From the NCBI GenBank assembly GCA_951406725.2, contig OX597815.1, forward strand, positions 83,700,001-83,764,000: a DNA stretch of 64,000 nt, in the 5' to 3' direction. Numbering within the stretch: the first letter of the stretch is position 1; each line of letters begins with the position of its first letter. Shown piece by piece: positions 12,976 to 26,709 of this stretch. Origin of the DNA: Octopus vulgaris. Its lineage: Eukaryota. Position numbers and translations under genes: made by a program. The notes under the pieces were generated by a model that saw only the letters and a list, made by a program, of their open reading frames with translations, was not told where the DNA came from and ran no database searches.

Positions 12976-15900
12976 CAATAATTCGTGTCTCCTTTGCTAT
13001 TCATTACATATTTGAGTCAACAGCCGACTTATAAACTTCACGTACGTTGCGAAAGTATAGCGACTGAATCACTAAATAATAATTCAGAACTTTTTACTTG
13101 TTAACGTAGAGACAGAGAATTCTTTAAAAATTAAATACCTGTCAGGCACCATCTGCATGAAAAGCAAGCGATGTAGATATGATTATTTTTAATGGTAAAG
13201 ATTATTAAAGCCGATTTTAATGCTATTACATAAAATGGCTCTTTTTACTTGTGACTCTTACTTTAGTAACTTACAATTTAAATCCCTCCTTTAACTGAGT
13301 ATCACCAATGAATGATATTGTTGGCTTGCCAGTCTCACTGTCACTCTAATGAAATGAGAATAGAAACCTTTAATATTTCCCACACTAACATGAATACAAT
13401 ACTTCATGTGAAAAGGCAATTTTATTCCATTGCAAAGAATAGTCAATCACGAAAAGTGTGTGATATACATGGTAGTAATATGTGTGCATATGTCTCTGTA
13501 TGTATCTATATTTGCATGCATCTTTATGTGTATGTATGTATGATAAGCGTGAGTGTGTGTTTGTGTGTGTGTGTTCATTTCCATTATAAACTACATGAAT
13601 TGTAAGAATGTTTGCACAACGATTTTCATAAGCTTATAAAGATCATTGGAGAGAGAATTCTAAAGACGGTTGAAATTTTAACTATGCTGTTGCTGCAACT
13701 TGATAGCTTTTATACAGAATAGCGGGAAGGCGAAGAACAGCGCGAAGGCGTGCAATGTCAGCGCCCATCCTAGCGGCATTGTTACAATGACATTGATATA
13801 TAGCTTCTAAGGTCAACCTTTCAAGAACAATTATTATTTGTTGTTTACTTCTTGTTCTTATTTTTCCTTTTTAACTGAAGCCTAAAAAGCTTGTTGTATT
13901 GATGTTATTTGCTTGGTGTTTTAAATCCTCCCATCTCGCGTATTCATGTATTGTAATGAATATAAAAGGTGACAAATTGAAAGACGAGAATATACAATGG
14001 AAAATCGAAATAAATGTGGTATCCTAAATGGTGGATATTTTTATATTATTTGTCTAACGTTGGAGGAAATGTTGCATATCAACTATCGCAGACCTCACCT
14101 AATAACAAATACCCGAATCTTATGACTAAGTTATAGAGTATCAATTCAATCACTAAAGATCGAAATTCCTTTTAATCACTTATACCAGCTCCGTCGTAGA
14201 ACATAAACACTGTATTGTAGATTATAAAATCCTCATTAATTGTAAACTGCATTAGAATTTCATTTCGTTATGATATATCTTTGTAATCTAACATGTTTAT
14301 ACAGAAATAGACTGAACCAAGTTGAGCTTAATACTCATGAACATACCACAGAACCGTTAACGGAAACGAATCGACATTTCATTCAATTAGATGCCTTTCA
14401 ATAGACACCAATTTTGAGCTATTTTACTCACCAAACGTTGTATGACTTTGATGTATTTAAATTTAAAATGTAGGGGACCGAAATTAAGCACCGCAATGTT
14501 TTTAATTCCATATGAAGGGCTCAATGCAATGAAAGTCTCGTATGACACGCTTAGTACAATGCTCTATTGTTTATGTAACTTTGGTGCACTCAATGTAATG
14601 ACAAAAACTGTCAATGTGACATAATATCACGTGATAAATTGGAAATGTGTGCGTAGGATCATCGTTTATTAATGAGTTGTGAAAGGGTTTCATATTATTT
14701 ATTTATTTCTGCAAGTTTACTATTTACATGCATACGTTGACTATTTACAACCATACGTTGGTTATTTGCATAAGTTGACCATATGCATTCATTGTCTATT
14801 AAAAGTACATAATCCTGCACACCCAACCCATAACCAAATCACGATTAAGAATATAATTTGAGTGGCTACATTTGTGACTAAGAGGTCGATTCTATTCATT
14901 CCTTTCTCTTTAATAGGGAGAACCTATCACAACTACTGACAATTTAGTTAAGAAAATTAATATTTTTATTTTTTAATAACATGTTTGCTACGTGTACACG
15001 CTTTTTAGTGTAATAGGTTGGTAACCTATAATTAAGAAATTAATAAGAATTAAGAAAGATATTAACTGAAATTGAGAAAGATATCGTGCCTCTGTAGAGG
15101 TGTTGAAGTAAGATTCCTTGGTGTTTCTCTATGAGTGGATGTACATAAAAAGGGAAAAGCCTATTGAAAGCTGTGAATTAATACACATTATGCAGAGTGG
15201 AAATTCGGATAAGTGACGTCTCTTGTTTTCATAGCCTCAAAGTTTTTGTGATATAGCCAGCATTTCATCAAAGGGATTTTAACCGTAACAATCTAATCTT
15301 TTTTGTTTCGGATGTAGTCTATCATGTTCATATTATGCAGAGTATTGTTCCATTTTAAAGATGCTAGTATATGTATTAGGAAATATTTAACTGTTTTTTT
15401 TTTTGTTTTGTTTCTAGCTTTTTGATTTTTGCAGGAGCTTGTGCTCCCATGCACATGCTTCCTCTTTGGTGCATGGATGACTATTATGCTGAAAGAGACT
15501 GGATTTGGACTGAAGCCTGTTTTTTCCATCATTTGCATTTTCAAGGTGACAGCTGTTGTTGTATATGTGATTATTTTTTAAAGAACGCTGGTGTTTTTTA
15601 TGACATATTTATTACACTACGTTACATACATATATTTTTTTGCATACGATAGTTTTTATTATTTTATATATATATATTTTTTATTAATTAACAGTTCTTC
15701 TTTCGTCTTTTATACCTGTTTGAATATAATTGTGTTGCAAGTCTGTTATCGATAGTAATTAATCTAAATTTCGTTTACATTATGGTTTGCAAACATGATG
15801 AGCAGTTTATCAGTTGCAAGTTATTTTGCGATGCAAACATCTACGGGTAAATGGATTTATCGAACAGTGCTTATGTCTTAGCAGTGGTAATTATATTTTT

Positions 15901-16027
15901 ATGGATTCAAGATTCTACATACATAAATATGCATGCACACAAACACAGTTTCTATACGCACATATACATATATCAGGAGAGAAAGAAAGAGAGAGTGAGA
16001 GAGAAGGAAAGAGAAACAGATACACAT

Positions 16028-16073
<46 letters not shown>

Positions 16074-16529
16074 ACACACAGCAGAAGCAGATACATAGAT
16101 AAATAGGTTATTAGTATTTGATGTGATACAACAGACACAGCATAAACTTTCGCTTACAGTAAACAGACACCACCGTTTAAGTGCGTTTTACAACACAATC
16201 TTTATTGACGCTGTTATGTCATTGTAGAAACACCGATTAGAAGCTAAATTATCTTAATTAATCTATCAAAATTTGGATAATATTGCTTTTATTAAAGAGT
16301 TGTGAGGTTATAAAATACCAGAGATTATTATTGGTATAAATAGTATTAGTGTTGTTGCCGTGACTTTCTTATATTTGATGCACTTATAATATCTGTACTA
16401 TTTTGATTTTATTATTTTGTGTATAAATATTAGTTCTGTTATTGGTTTTCACGTCGGTGAAATTACTCAGACCGAGAATGTGCTTTGCACATAATTTTGC
16501 ATAGCAATAATAAAAACAACAATAATAGT

Positions 16530-16690
16530 TTCCAGTCTTGGCATAAGACTTGCAATCTACCTCGATCTCAGTGCTCCACTGGTACTTATTTTGTCGATCT
16601 CAATATGATAAAAAGGCGAAGTCGAACTCGGCAGAATTTAAACTCAGAACTTAAAGAATCCACTTATAACACTGAACACCTACTTCTTGA
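16530..16690 (-). mobile_element. Degraded SINE A2
   Basis: actggtacttattttgtcgat...aaggcgaagtcgaactcggcagaatttaaactcagaac. Confidence 0.75.
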
Positions 16691-18729
16691 CACAAAATAT
16701 TACTGAGTACTGTATAAGTGGCATTCCTCCGTAAGTCAATATCCCTTCTCATCTATGAACTTTCGACATCCCCTAATTAGGAAAGATAAGTCTTGCTGCA
16801 TCATTTTCAGATACCTAACCGAGCATGATGCCTGATGGTAGAAAATGACTTTACTGCACCGCTATTAGCATTATATTTTGGACACTACAATACTATTAAT
16901 GATCTGAGTGTTGTGTCGAGGATTCTTCTGATTAGAACATATTGCTTGCCACAATGTAACAGTTTGATATGCGTAATATCCATATATGAAACTTTGTAGA
17001 AACAGACGGTTAAATAATATATTTTGAGATTTTGAAATATGTATTAAGCTAGTGAGCATACTGCTAAAATATTGCCTTAAACCTTCTAAATCTTTGATCA
17101 CTAGAATTATGTACGATTTTCCATTGCTTCTACTGTCTGATACAACGAACATCTTATATTCGCTGCTGCTTTTTGCTTGCATTACAGCCTTCTTGTTAGC
17201 AGTCATGCTGTCGTTGCTGGGTTATTTTTATATGTTGTTATCATTTTCGATGTAACTATCATACAATGCTTTCACTAATGCTGCATGTCGATGATTTTAT
17301 GCGTGTGTTTATAGGTTTGCATTTGTTTTGTGAGAGTGTTGTTGATATGCCTCCCTACCACCACCACCACCACCAAATTATTTTAGTAGTTTTCAATACG
17401 ACTCTTGACGTTGTTGTCATTAATTTCAAAATGGATTGGATAAATATCGATTTGATACTATATCCACCGGCGTATCTTCTCGGATCCACTTTTGCTGTAA
17501 TGGCAGTTTTAATTATAACTGCTAAGATGTGTGTCTAAAAATGCCAAGACAGCTCACTTTCATTCTACACCCAGTATTAACTTTCTCGTTTGCCCGCTAG
17601 CCAGTATGGACTAGCGTAATGATATTTCCGAATTTTCTTTATACAAGAAGAAAAAATATATTTAAAAAGAATCCCTTCCTCTCTTAATTTCTCTTTCGAT
17701 AAAGCACGCATTTTCTCTCCAGCTGCTCTGCCAACCCCACCCTTCTGTCTTTCTTACACACTCAATATAGTTATCACTCATAATTTATCAGAACGTCATT
17801 ACAAAGCATCTCTTATAATCTTGAAAAACTGCCTAAATTATCTGCAGATAATTTTATACAAAACAATCTTAACATTGAAAAATAAATGAATAAAATAAAA
17901 AAATAGTCCTAATAATATAAATTATAAAGGTAAGGTTGATATCTAACATAAGCACAGGCTGCACATTACAGAGATAAAAGGCAAAAAGCCTGCAACATTC
18001 TTTCCCACCCTCTGCTGTTTCTAACATTCAACGTAATCATTACAGAAATGACAGTCTTTTACACAAATTTTACAAATACTACAAAATCCCATTAGTTTGA
18101 ATGGACAACTGTAAGGAAGCAAAGGCATGGAAACGATATTAATAAGCTACAAGAACAAGAATAAAATAAAATATCGTTGCTCAGAATACAAGGGAAATGA
18201 AATATCAAAGTACAAATTGGAAACTAAAAACCGTTCAATAAAAAGCATTGGAACAGTGTCCTGATGCTCTGATATTGTGGTTAATGCATACACAAATTGG
18301 TTACAATATAGATGACAGGAAAATAGAGACTGGTGCATAGAGATTAACTGATTTCTAGTGGCTTGAGACTAGCCATTGTAGAAGAAAATATATATTTGTG
18401 TAAGGCATAGCGATGTGACAGCACATCTGCTGACCAGACATTGGACTGTGTTGGCAATAATTTTCATGCCACGTCATGGTCCCTTTAAATCCCTGTTGCA
18501 GTCATAGCGTTACCGTCGTAATATACCGTACATCGTATATATTTTAACTCTGACCGAGATTCATTTTTCTCCGGGTCTGAACACCGTCGATTTCTTCCAG
18601 AAAAATTCATAGAAAGAAAAAGTTAGAGAATGAGAAAAATTGGCTTCTGTATTTGACGTATGTATATTCTGATATACGGAAGTGCAAAACAATGTATCTG
18701 ACAATCTGTCAACTGATAACATTGGGTAA

Positions 18730-19760
18730 CTTCTTGTTTATCACAGGAATACGATCTACGGTGTCTTTGTAGGAACAGCAACAACGCTCTAGATGAGGGG
18801 GGGTACTCAACTGCGAGACTTATATGAACTTTGTAAAGGATATTTGAAGCCTAAAATATATTCTGGCTTTGATGAGGATGGGCAATCTTTTGATGCAGTT
18901 ATTACTACCTTCAGGTTGTGCTTCTATAGAGGGAGATATCAAATATGATGATGCCTAGCGCTTGTGGTGATCTTGTAATTTCTAGTTTGGATATTGATCA
19001 TGTTCAGAGATTGGCTGAAGGATATAGATTTCTGATGGATGTTGTGATGTTTGCTTTTGTATTGTTGAAGATGACTAGATTGTCATAAGTTCAATGAAGA
19101 ACATCCTCAAGATCTCTTTTCCTTGTGGTAGAGTAAGATTTACGGAATATCTAAGATGGTTAGGGAAAGCACTGCACTGACGAGATCTCGAGAAGAATGG
19201 GGATATCGTATTTATAGGAAGTGAAGCTGTTACGGAAGAGACGCTAAGAAAATATTTTATGTATAGTGGTGTGTGGAGAACAAAGTCGAATCCTACAATG
19301 AGTAGAAGCGTTGATAGAGGATGGATCAGTGAGGACTGCATTGGCAATCACAACGACATTGCAATCTGACTGGAAGACACATTTCCAAGAGACGAGAAAC
19401 AGATAGTGCCGATAGGCGAGGGAAACGTTTTTCGTGTAGACACGCATGCCATATACGGTCTAACATTGATTATTTCAGGAGCAGCTACATTGTTTCCAGC
19501 AAGTATTTCAATTCTATTGGTTTTCTGATAAATGACATAAGTGTGTTGGTCACCTGTATATCTACAAGAACGATAAAGTTGACCAGTAAATGAAGGCGGT
19601 TAAACCAATGTGTTGCGGAATGTGATTCTTTGTGTCTGTTTCCATAGGCTTTGGGCTGATGGAAATGAAGGCGAGAAAACGATAATTGTTCAGTGAAAAC
19701 AAGACAGTGTGGTATGTTAGGAGTGAAGGCCTATAGAAATTTCCTTCCATTTGCGTTGTT
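18730..19760 (-). mobile_element. Highly decayed CR1/Jockey-type LINE RT remnant
   Basis: Fragments in expected order: NFYRPSLL, YRSCRYTGD, LDRIWHACL, NLVIFNNTK, TASKRLPILIKARIYF, ILYKVHI..VEY. Many stops. Confidence 0.6.
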
Positions 19761-20227
19761 GACTAAAAATGACTTGTGTTTTTCCCAGTTTATGTGTACG
19801 TGGTGGTGATTCTAGTGGAACGGAATGGGATAAACCTAACCTAATATGGCTGTGACCATATATCTAAAAGTAAATTATGAGGTCAGTTGAGATTTCGCTG
19901 TCAGCAATTTTGGAAGATTTCTTACGAGATTAAGGCTTGCAGTAACATCAAGATGAAAAAAAAGGGGGGAAGAAAGATTCCGCAAGTTTTCCCTTGTAAT
20001 TTTGAAAGCAGGAGAACTTGTGAAAATTGGTTATGTATGGAGACCTTCTTCACGTTTCTCGTTAGAGATCTGTAGTGATTATGGTTTCGGGAAAGATTTA
20101 TTTAGTGTGCTGAGTGAATTTTAACTCGTTGATTGTGTATTGTACTGCAGATATTTAGACGAGGCTTTTCTCCACTGACGACTTCTTGCATTTGACTTCC
20201 ATGGAACAATATAAGTTAGTCAAATGG

Positions 20228-20320
20228 GTAAGGATGTTTCTCTGGCGATCGTGGTTTCAAATCCTGGACTAAGTGGTACGTTGTGTACTTGACAAAAACA
20301 CTTCATCTCACGTTGCTCTC
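20228..20320 (+). mobile_element. Degraded SINE D-like head
   Basis: gtttcaaatcctggact...gttgtgtacttgacaaaaacacttcatctcacgttgctc resembles 48800-48880. Confidence 0.55.
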
Positions 20321-22224
20321 ATGACTATTAATTTCGTTGATGTAGTTTCAAGTTATCAAGCCTTACTTTGATCGAATAGGCTAAGCAGGTTAATCAGTTA
20401 TGCATAATTGCCATACCGACTTTGGAAATAGTATTCCTAAATATAGTATTTATTTTCGCAATTTTTTTTAATACCAGTCGTTTCTATGTAATTAATAAAA
20501 TAATAACATATGTGTGAGTGTGTGTGCGCGCGATCATGCGTATGCATATGTGTGTATGTATATATATATATATATATACGTATATATATATATGTGTGTG
20601 TGTATGTAGTTTTTATGTATGTATGCATATGTATATATATATGTGTGTGTGTGTAGTTTTAATGTATGTATGTAAGTATATATATATATTTGTATTTATA
20701 TATTAGTATACCTAAGTATACATACACACACACTTGAAGCTCACTGTAAATGATGTATAGTTAACTCATTTTTTAGTGACGTGAATGCTATCATCATATG
20801 TATACGTACACTATGTGTATGTATGTATGTATGTAAGTATGAATCCGTATATGCATGTATGTATGTATGTATGTTTGTATGTATGTGACTATTTTTACCT
20901 GTTTACCTGATATACACGTATTTCTATAACTGAGTCTCCGTTTATATATTTTTATGTTTCATCTATAGATTTAGGTATATAAAAGCCCCTGTATGTGTAT
21001 TTGCAAATAGTAATGTACTTCTGTGCGTACGTATGTTTGCAGAGAGGTCTTTGCTTTATTATGTGCAAAGAACTTTGTTGTATGTACATTTATAAAGGAG
21101 GACAACGGCTCTGTATTATTGATATGAATATATTTACTCAGTACCACAAGTCTGTCAGTGCAAACATACTCTATTCATTTGGCCTGCTTGAGGATTTCTT
21201 TTTGGTCTATTCTTATTTTTGTATATATATTTCTGCCTCTGTATGCAGAGTCTTCTATGAATGCACGAAAGAGCACACACGCACAAACACACTCAAAAAT
21301 CCCCTTATACATTCCTGTATTCATATTCACGTCTACATACACAAATAAATACATGAACATTACATATTTATATGTGTATGTATTTCTATATGTCTACCTC
21401 TTTTTCTGTCTCTGTGTATATACGTACGTACACGCAGACATATACACTCGTACCTATCTGGGTAGGCTAGTGTGTACAAAATCGCAAATATGTCTCTCAT
21501 TTTCAACAGATTTCTATTTGCTTTTATTCCTATGTCTGACATGATAACCCAACGACAGTTATATTACTTGGCGTATCAATAATTTGGTGTTTATATTTCT
21601 TTTTAGTACCGCTGTTAAAAATTGAGGATTGTTATATATTTACTTATTTATTTCTCTAGGGTATGAGAATAAAGTTATCTCTATAGCCTGAAGGGAGTGA
21701 CATTTTTATTTTCGTGTCGACTATAAAAAATGATAGATGTGGTAATTTGTATTTACTTATGTTACAAGCCGTGAATAATTGTCGATAATTTCATTCTTTG
21801 TGAATTCTTTTGTTTGAACGAGGTTGTTGGAGTGTAGGTGTGCATATGACAGTAAATTGTTTGTAAGCTTAGACGCAACGATGAGTGTCAAGGAAGATTA
21901 TTTAAACTTCGTTGAAATAGAGAAACGTACAAGTTGGTTGCTAGTGGCATGTAATTTTCTCACTGTTTTCCCAGCACTGTTATCGCTATAGCCATACGAA
22001 TGTATAAAATTTTGTAGTTTATATTATCAATACACTGGTGGGTCTCAATGGGTGGAAATCATGCCATATAGCCCTGAATACACTGTTCAAATTCTGTTAG
22101 GGTGAAATTTACCATCCATCCATTCAAAGTCGATTAAAATAAAGTATTAGTCAACTTATAAGTCTATGGTAGCCACTAAAACACTCAACTCAAATATTAC
22201 ATGACTTCTTCCTAAATCAGAACC

Positions 22225-22235
22225 TATTGCTGTTA

Positions 22236-22321
<86 letters not shown>

Positions 22322-22385
22322 GTTATTGTTATTATTATTATTGTTGTTGTTGTCGTTATTATTATTATTATTTTTATTTTTATTC
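22225..22385. repeat. (ATT)n tract
   Basis: First of many ATT tracts (also 22550, 23290, 23978, 24310, 24878, 25771, 26374, 26634). Confidence 0.95.
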
Positions 22386-22566
22386 TTTCAGAGCGCTCGG
22401 TCTAGTTTGCTCTGGCTGATTCTATGAGAATGCACAGCAGCCTGTTGTCAGAGGTCTCACAGTGTCTCTTTTCACACACCTTATAAGATTTGATACTTGG
22501 TTGTAAATTATCGTTGGAGACATTCAAAATCCAAGTACCAGTCTCAAAATTATTATTATCATTATC

Positions 22567-22626
<60 letters not shown>

Positions 22627-22629
<3 letters not shown>

Positions 22630-23090
22630 TATGTTTGACTTTTGCTTTATATTTGTACAAGTTGGCTCCAAGTCTCACCCAGAGACCTCAAGAGACAACA
22701 GGGTTGGAAGTTCATGTTGTTGTTATGCCTAGTGTGCCATATATTTGGGGGGTGGGGATGTTGTACTAATGAATGTCTAAAAATAAAAAAAAAAAAAAAA
22801 AAAAAAGGTTTTTTTTTTTGTTTTTTTTTTTAAACCGAAAATTATGTTTGTTTTAAACCTTGAGATTACATAGAGAGTATTTTGCGTAGGATATGAGCAG
22901 TTCCCATGAGCACTATCTTTTGAACTTCTGCCATTTTTGGGTTTCCTGGTATCTGAGTTAGGTAGCTATCAGCCCCTTTTGCTATCATTCCCAGGGCACC
23001 TATGACAACAGGTATTGTTTTAGTCTTCAGCTTCCACATTTTGCTGATTTCTATTTCAAGATCTTTATATTTGCTCAGTTTTTTTTTTAT
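22627..23090 (-). mobile_element. R4/Dong LINE 3' end
   Basis: KLSKYKDLEIEISKMWKLKTKTIPVVIGALG...VQKIVLMGTAHILRKILSM*, 3'UTR, then (AAT)n. Confidence 0.92.
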
Positions 23091-23120
23091 TATTATTATC
23101 ATTATTATTACTATTATTGA

Positions 23121-23292
23121 ACGCAGCGAGCTGGCAGAATCGTTACGTTCTGAGTTCAAATTCCGCCGATGTCGACATAGCCTTTCATCCTTTCAGTTTA
23201 ATAAATTAAGTAACAGTCGAGTATTGGAATAGATGTAATCGACTAGTCCCTCGCCACAAATTTCAGGCCTTGTGCCTATAGTAGAAAAGATT
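23121..23292 (+). mobile_element. SINE A2 with internal deletion
   Basis: gcgagctggcagaatcgttacgttctgag (deletion between two cgtta motifs), tail aaatttcaggccttgtgcctatagtagaaaag followed by (ATT)n. Confidence 0.88.
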
Positions 23293-23311
23293 ATTATTAT
23301 TATTATTATTA

Positions 23312-23421
<110 letters not shown>

Positions 23422-23974
23422 GAGTGAGAGAGCAGTTCATGCCATCAAAGTGACACTGGGGTAAAATATACGAAGCCCAATATACCCATCATGACTACCC
23501 GTCTGATAAAGGTACACCAGGCACATGCATCACAACCATATGTGCGCGACATGGTGATCTCATATCAAGATAAACAGCACATGACCTTGCAGGTGGGGCC
23601 CAGTTAGAATTTTCTTCAGGTTGAGTAGCCCATCCCGCTCAAAAGGTCCCTGAATAAGGGTTGTTTAAGGATATTGAAAGAACCACCCATGTTTCCAAAG
23701 GTGAATTATTCATACCCCAAAGAATCCCTCTCAACACATGGCTATGATGCTCCCCCACTACTTCTGCTCGTGATCAGAGATGCACATATCGTCAGCCACT
23801 AAGGGACATGCTCAACTGGTTAAGGTCAAACAACTGACAAGCAAATCTGTGGTATTGAGCAGAATATTTGCTGTAGCCCATCTTTTATACCAAGACAAAA
23901 CAATGTACATGATAACACTTCCAATCAGTTAAGATCAGAAGCCATGAGAGCCACTGCCTGGTACTGCATCAGGG

Positions 23975-23977
<3 letters not shown>
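23422..23977 (-). mobile_element. Non-coding (AAT)n-associated repeat 'Y', longest copy
   Basis: Homologous to 26441-26633 and 32428-32726, flanked by ATT tracts, no ORF. Confidence 0.85.
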
Positions 23978-24040
<63 letters not shown>

Positions 24041-24043
24041 TAC

Positions 24044-24076
<33 letters not shown>

Positions 24077-24093
24077 CATCATCATTATTATTA

Positions 24094-24225
24094 TTTCCTT
24101 CTTTCTTCAAATTTTCTTCCGTTTCTTGCCGAGTGTTTTCCGTACACGTAGGGCAGAGAAGCTTATTATATGCATTCCCAGGTTATACACGCAAATTCAC
24201 TGGTAAATTATGTATTTAAAAAATT
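24094..24225 (-). mobile_element. Fragment 'X' (probable LINE 3'UTR) ending in (AAT)n
   Basis: gaaaacactcggcaagaaacggaagaaaatttgaagaaag matches 32358-32409. Confidence 0.65.
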
Positions 24226-24342
24226 AATAAATAAATTCATGAGTGGGTGTTGTTTTGACGGTGATGATGCTCTTCTCAGTACATGAGCCGTTCCAGTTAC
24301 CACGATTTATTATTATTGTTATTATTATTATTACTATTAATA

Positions 24343-24373
<31 letters not shown>

Positions 24374-24433
24374 TATTATTATTATTAATATTATTATTAT
24401 TGTTGTTGTTGTTGTTGTTGTTGTTGTTATTGT

Positions 24434-24830
24434 AAAGCGGCGAGCTGGCAGAAACGTTAGCACGCCGAGCGAAATGCTTAGCAGTATTTCGTCTGCCGCT
24501 ACGTTCTGAGTCCAAATTCCGCCGAGGTCGACTTTGCCTTTCATCCTTTCGGGGTCGATTAAATAAGTACCAGTTACACACTGGTGTCGATGTAATCGAC
24601 TTAATCCGTTTGTTAATTTTTCTTTGTCCCCTCTGTGTTTAGCCCCTTATGGGTAGTAAAGAAATAGGTATTTAGCCCGTTGCTACTTTCTGAGATCAAA
24701 TTTCGCCGAAATAGACATTACTTTTCATTCTTTCGAGATCGATTATATAAGTACCATTTGAATACTGGGGTCAATGTGATCGACTATCCCTCTCCCCCAA
24801 ATTTCAGGCCTTGTGCTTACAAATATAATA
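24434..24830 (+). mobile_element. SINE A1 joined to a headless SINE A2 (nested or dimeric)
   Basis: A1 24434-24667 ends gtaaagaaata, and A2 resumes at ggtattt and ends caggccttgtgcttac. Confidence 0.88.
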
Positions 24831-24875
24831 ATAATATTAATTGTAGAAATAATAATAATAATAATAATAATAATA

Positions 24876-24935
<60 letters not shown>

Positions 24936-25670
24936 TAAGACGTCGCACAGTATACAATATTTTGATGTTGATTGAAAATATTGTCTGCCGGGGATTTGTA
25001 CTGTCTGTCACGTTACAACAAGGTCCTCAGACAGACAGTACTTTACGCAATAAGCGTGCAGTTCCAAGTAATACCGATTTTTGCAATACGCCTAGATTGT
25101 AGGGTATTTCTAAAGTTTCCAGATGTTTTTTTTCCAGATTGGGTGATATGAATTGCTCCGATGACAATAGGGACAACCAGAATGTTTGACTCTCGCAGCT
25201 GCCACATCTTAGCGCTCTCAATTCTCAGGTCTCCAAATTTATCCATCTTTTCTCTTTCTTTCATGATAGTATACTGATTTCCACATCAATTATTTCGCAC
25301 TCCTGTTTGTTTCTTCTAAAGATTACTATATCCGGCCTTCAGTGCTCTAACACCTTGTCTGTCTTAAAGTCCCAGATGATTTTTGCCTTCCCCTTTTCGT
25401 CAATTACATTTTCTGGTGTATTTTGGTACCGTGCACCCCTTACCTCGTATCCATACTTCCAGCATAGTAACCAGTAAAGTTTTGGGGCTACTTTGCTGGG
25501 TGTGAGCTTGTACTCTTTCTGCGCAAGACTTACACAAGCACCAACAATGTGAATCACGCTTTCGACCCCCTTCTCATACATTCGGCAGAGGTTCAATGCA
25601 CTTGTGCAGTATATATCCCTTTCCACTAACTTGGTATTCAATGCCTGATACTGAGCAGCGAAGATTAGGC
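24936..25670 (-). mobile_element. R4/Dong LINE 3' fragment
   Basis: ESLIFAAQYQALNT..LCRM..ESVIHIVGACVSLAQKEYK..IIWDF..RPDIV..VPIVIGA..LQKSVLLGTARLLRKVLSV*. Confidence 0.92.
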
Positions 25671-25723
25671 TTTCATCATCATCATCTTCCTCCTCCTCCT
25701 CCTCCTCCTCCTCCTCCTCCTCC

Positions 25724-25816
<93 letters not shown>

Positions 25817-25819
<3 letters not shown>

Positions 25820-26370
25820 GAAACCTCACAGCTTATTTTGCTGGGTATGATGGAAAGTGTCAGCTGTCCACACTCAATAGAGTAAGGTGACACGTGTTTA
25901 CTAGTTATGGTTCAAGAACCCTGCGAAGAATTCTTGCAGTTCTAAGCAATGCTGACTTTTGTAGGTGTTTTACCTTCACACTTGCACCGATCTTTCTCAG
26001 CCATGCTGGTAGTTGAGTGCTGATACTTCCAAGTGCGCTAATTACTATTGGTATCACATCTACTCTCTTCACTGACAACATACTTCGTATTCTCCTCTTC
26101 AAATCGTTGTAGTTGTTTATTTTTTCTTATTTCACATTGAGCCTGTTGTTACCAGGGCATGCTATCTCGATAATCATGTTCTTTCTTTTTTATTCACTAC
26201 AATAATGTCCGGTTTTCTATGTCTGGTCAGGTGGTCGCACTGGATCATTGCATCCCGCAGGATTTTGCAGTTCTCCTTTTCGGTGACTCCTTCTGAAGTT
26301 TGTTCATACCACATCATTGCTCTTTGTAGGCCGTGATTTCCAGTGCTCCCAATGGATCATTCTTGACACC
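25817..26370 (-). mobile_element. R4/Dong LINE 3' fragment
   Basis: KILRDAMIQCDHLTRHRKPDII..IIEIACPG..VIPIVISALG..LQKSALLRTARILRRVLEP*, 3'UTR and (AAT)n. Confidence 0.92.
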
Positions 26371-26440
26371 AAGATTATTATTATTATTATCATTATTATT
26401 ATTATCATTATTATTATTATTACTACTACTACTACTACTA

Positions 26441-26633
26441 CTTAGTAAGAAAACAGTGCATGCCACCAAAGTGACACTGGAGTAAAATATACGAAGCCCA
26501 GTATACCCGTCATGACTACCCGTCTGATAAGGGTAGACCAGGCACTTGCATCACATCCACATGTACGCGACATGGTGATCTTATATCAAGATAAACAGCG
26601 CATGACCTAGCAGATGGGAACCAGTAAGAATTT
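26441..26633 (-). mobile_element. Repeat Y, truncated copy
   Basis: Matches 23422-23612. Confidence 0.85.
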
Positions 26634-26637
26634 ATTA

Positions 26638-26699
<62 letters not shown>

Positions 26700-26709
26700 G
26701 TTATTATTA

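Noticed and set aside
16720-18350. Possible very old RTE C-terminal remnants (16871-17206 minus, 18080-18260 plus; similar at 60080-60400 minus)
   Set aside because: Motif resemblance is too weak to call without an HMM search.
22779-22833. A-tract followed by T-tract hairpin or terminator
   Set aside because: Homopolymer expansion inside a Dong 3'UTR.
23955-23977. cctggtactgca resembling the U2 snRNA 3' stem-loop
   Set aside because: Only about 12 nt of similarity and no other U2 features.
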